DNA of 64,000 nucleotides from an uncultured Candidatus Saccharibacteria bacterium (GTDB lineage Bacteria; Patescibacteriota; Minisyncoccia; Phycocordibacterales; UBA9973): NCBI GenBank assembly GCA_964532495.1, contig CAZHJZ010000003.1, positions 3,658 to 67,657 of the forward strand, read 5' to 3'. Shown piece by piece: positions 63,416 to 64,000 of this stretch (position 1 is its first letter; each line of letters starts with the position of its first letter). The notes under the pieces were generated by a model. It saw only the letters and a program-made list of their open reading frames with translations, ran no database searches and was not told where the DNA came from. The position numbers and the translations under genes were made by a program.

Positions 63416-64000
63416 AATGAAAGATCTGGAAAAGCTCAAGCGTGAATTTTTGGAATATATGGAAATCGAACGCGGCTCCAGTTTACTGACCGTGCGCAAT
63501 TACGAACTGTATATTTCAAGGTATTTGGAATTTTCAAAAGCGAAGGATCCGAAAGATATTACCGAGGATTCAGTGCGCGAATTTCGTCTCAGCCTCAATC
63601 GTGCGCCTGGAGTATTCGTCAAAGGACAGGCACGAGCGACAATGAAGAAGAATACGCAGAATTACTACCTCATCGCGCTTCGACGCTTTCTGAAATATTT
63701 AATGAAGCGCGATGTTACATCCCTCTCCCCTGACAAGATTGAATTGGCTAAAGTAGGCGCGCGGCATCTCGACCTCATTTCTGTCGAAGAGCTCAATCGC
63801 CTTATCAAGTCGCCGTCACTTGTTCTTGCTTCGGCAAAGAAGGGCGATGCTAAGGCACTCGCTAAGGCAGAACTTATCGCGGCGCGCGACACTGCACTCT
63901 TCGAACTTTTTTTCTCAACAGGCCTCCGTCTCTCGGAGCTCTGTTCTCTCAATCGCGACCTCGATCTTTCAAAAGATGAATTTTCGATCCGAGGAAAAGG
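63416..64000 (+). CDS. tyrosine recombinase XerC/XerD family (partial, runs off window)
   Basis: Manual translation: MKDLEKLKREFLEYMEIERGSSLLTVRNYELYISRYLEF (N-terminal SAM-like core-binding domain) ... ARDTALFELFFSTGLRLSELCSLNRDLDL (start of catalytic domain with conserved Arg). No stop before the window end. Coordinates +/-2. Confidence 0.75.

Noticed and set aside
1-64000. tRNA, rRNA, transposase or integrase-bounded mobile element search
   Set aside because: No T-loop consensus (GGTTCGAATCC-like) with matching acceptor stems was found in the intergenic regions. No rRNA-like sequence, no IS transposase, and no terminal inverted repeats flanking a gene set were recognised. The xerC/D-like gene at the window edge resembles a housekeeping site-specific recombinase rather than a phage integrase with an adjacent att or tRNA.

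Overview
This 64 kb chromosomal window is dense in housekeeping genes, spans the replication-origin region, and carries a roughly 15 kb type IV secretion (T4SS)-like locus that is the main candidate for the undescribed system.

Origin region (20.5-26.7 kb): a putative DciA-like gene, dnaN, dnaA, yidD, rnpA and rpmH lie co-directionally on the minus strand, with yidC-jag on the plus strand. Clustered DnaA boxes sit between dnaA and dnaN and just upstream of dnaA.

Housekeeping genes elsewhere: polA (partial), tsaE, pilB, guaA, ruvB, yebC-ruvC, tyrS, a class A penicillin-binding protein (PBP), comM, pnp, rpsO, a LysM-M23 peptidase, an amidase_2 cell-wall amidase and a xerC/D-like recombinase (partial).

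T4SS-like locus (26.7-41.5 kb, all minus strand): a VirB2/TrbC-like pilin with a Cys-rich extension; a PrgI/VirB3-like protein; a VirB4 ATPase split into two ORFs at a TAAtATG junction; a 1084-aa VirB6/TrbL-like polytopic membrane protein; several large secreted or membrane-anchored proteins; and a peptidoglycan-binding beta-propeller protein. No VirD4, relaxase or VirB11 is present. Upstream on the same strand are rsmA and uvrD.

Further upstream (44.4-53.0 kb) is an 8.6 kb block of giant, highly charged proteins of unknown function (901, 1096 and 578 aa, plus three small ORFs).

Non-coding structure: promoters with an extended -10 (TGnTATAAT-like) lie only 6-10 nt from start codons at many genes, which suggests leaderless mRNAs. 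Within the T4SS-like locus and at uvrD the same module recurs: a perfect hairpin abutting an extended -10, then a leaderless start. A roughly 60-nt hairpin element occurs in two copies with compensatory stem changes. A 34-bp perfect inverted repeat sits between the convergent M23-peptidase and comM genes. Several long-range inverted repeats may be structured RNAs.

No rRNA, tRNA, CRISPR array or transposase was recognised. The reduced gene content, giant hypothetical proteins and the pilus, competence and T4SS-like genes suggest a reduced-genome bacterium resembling Patescibacteria (CPR); this is inference only. Coordinates for non-CDS elements were counted by hand and may be off by a few nt.
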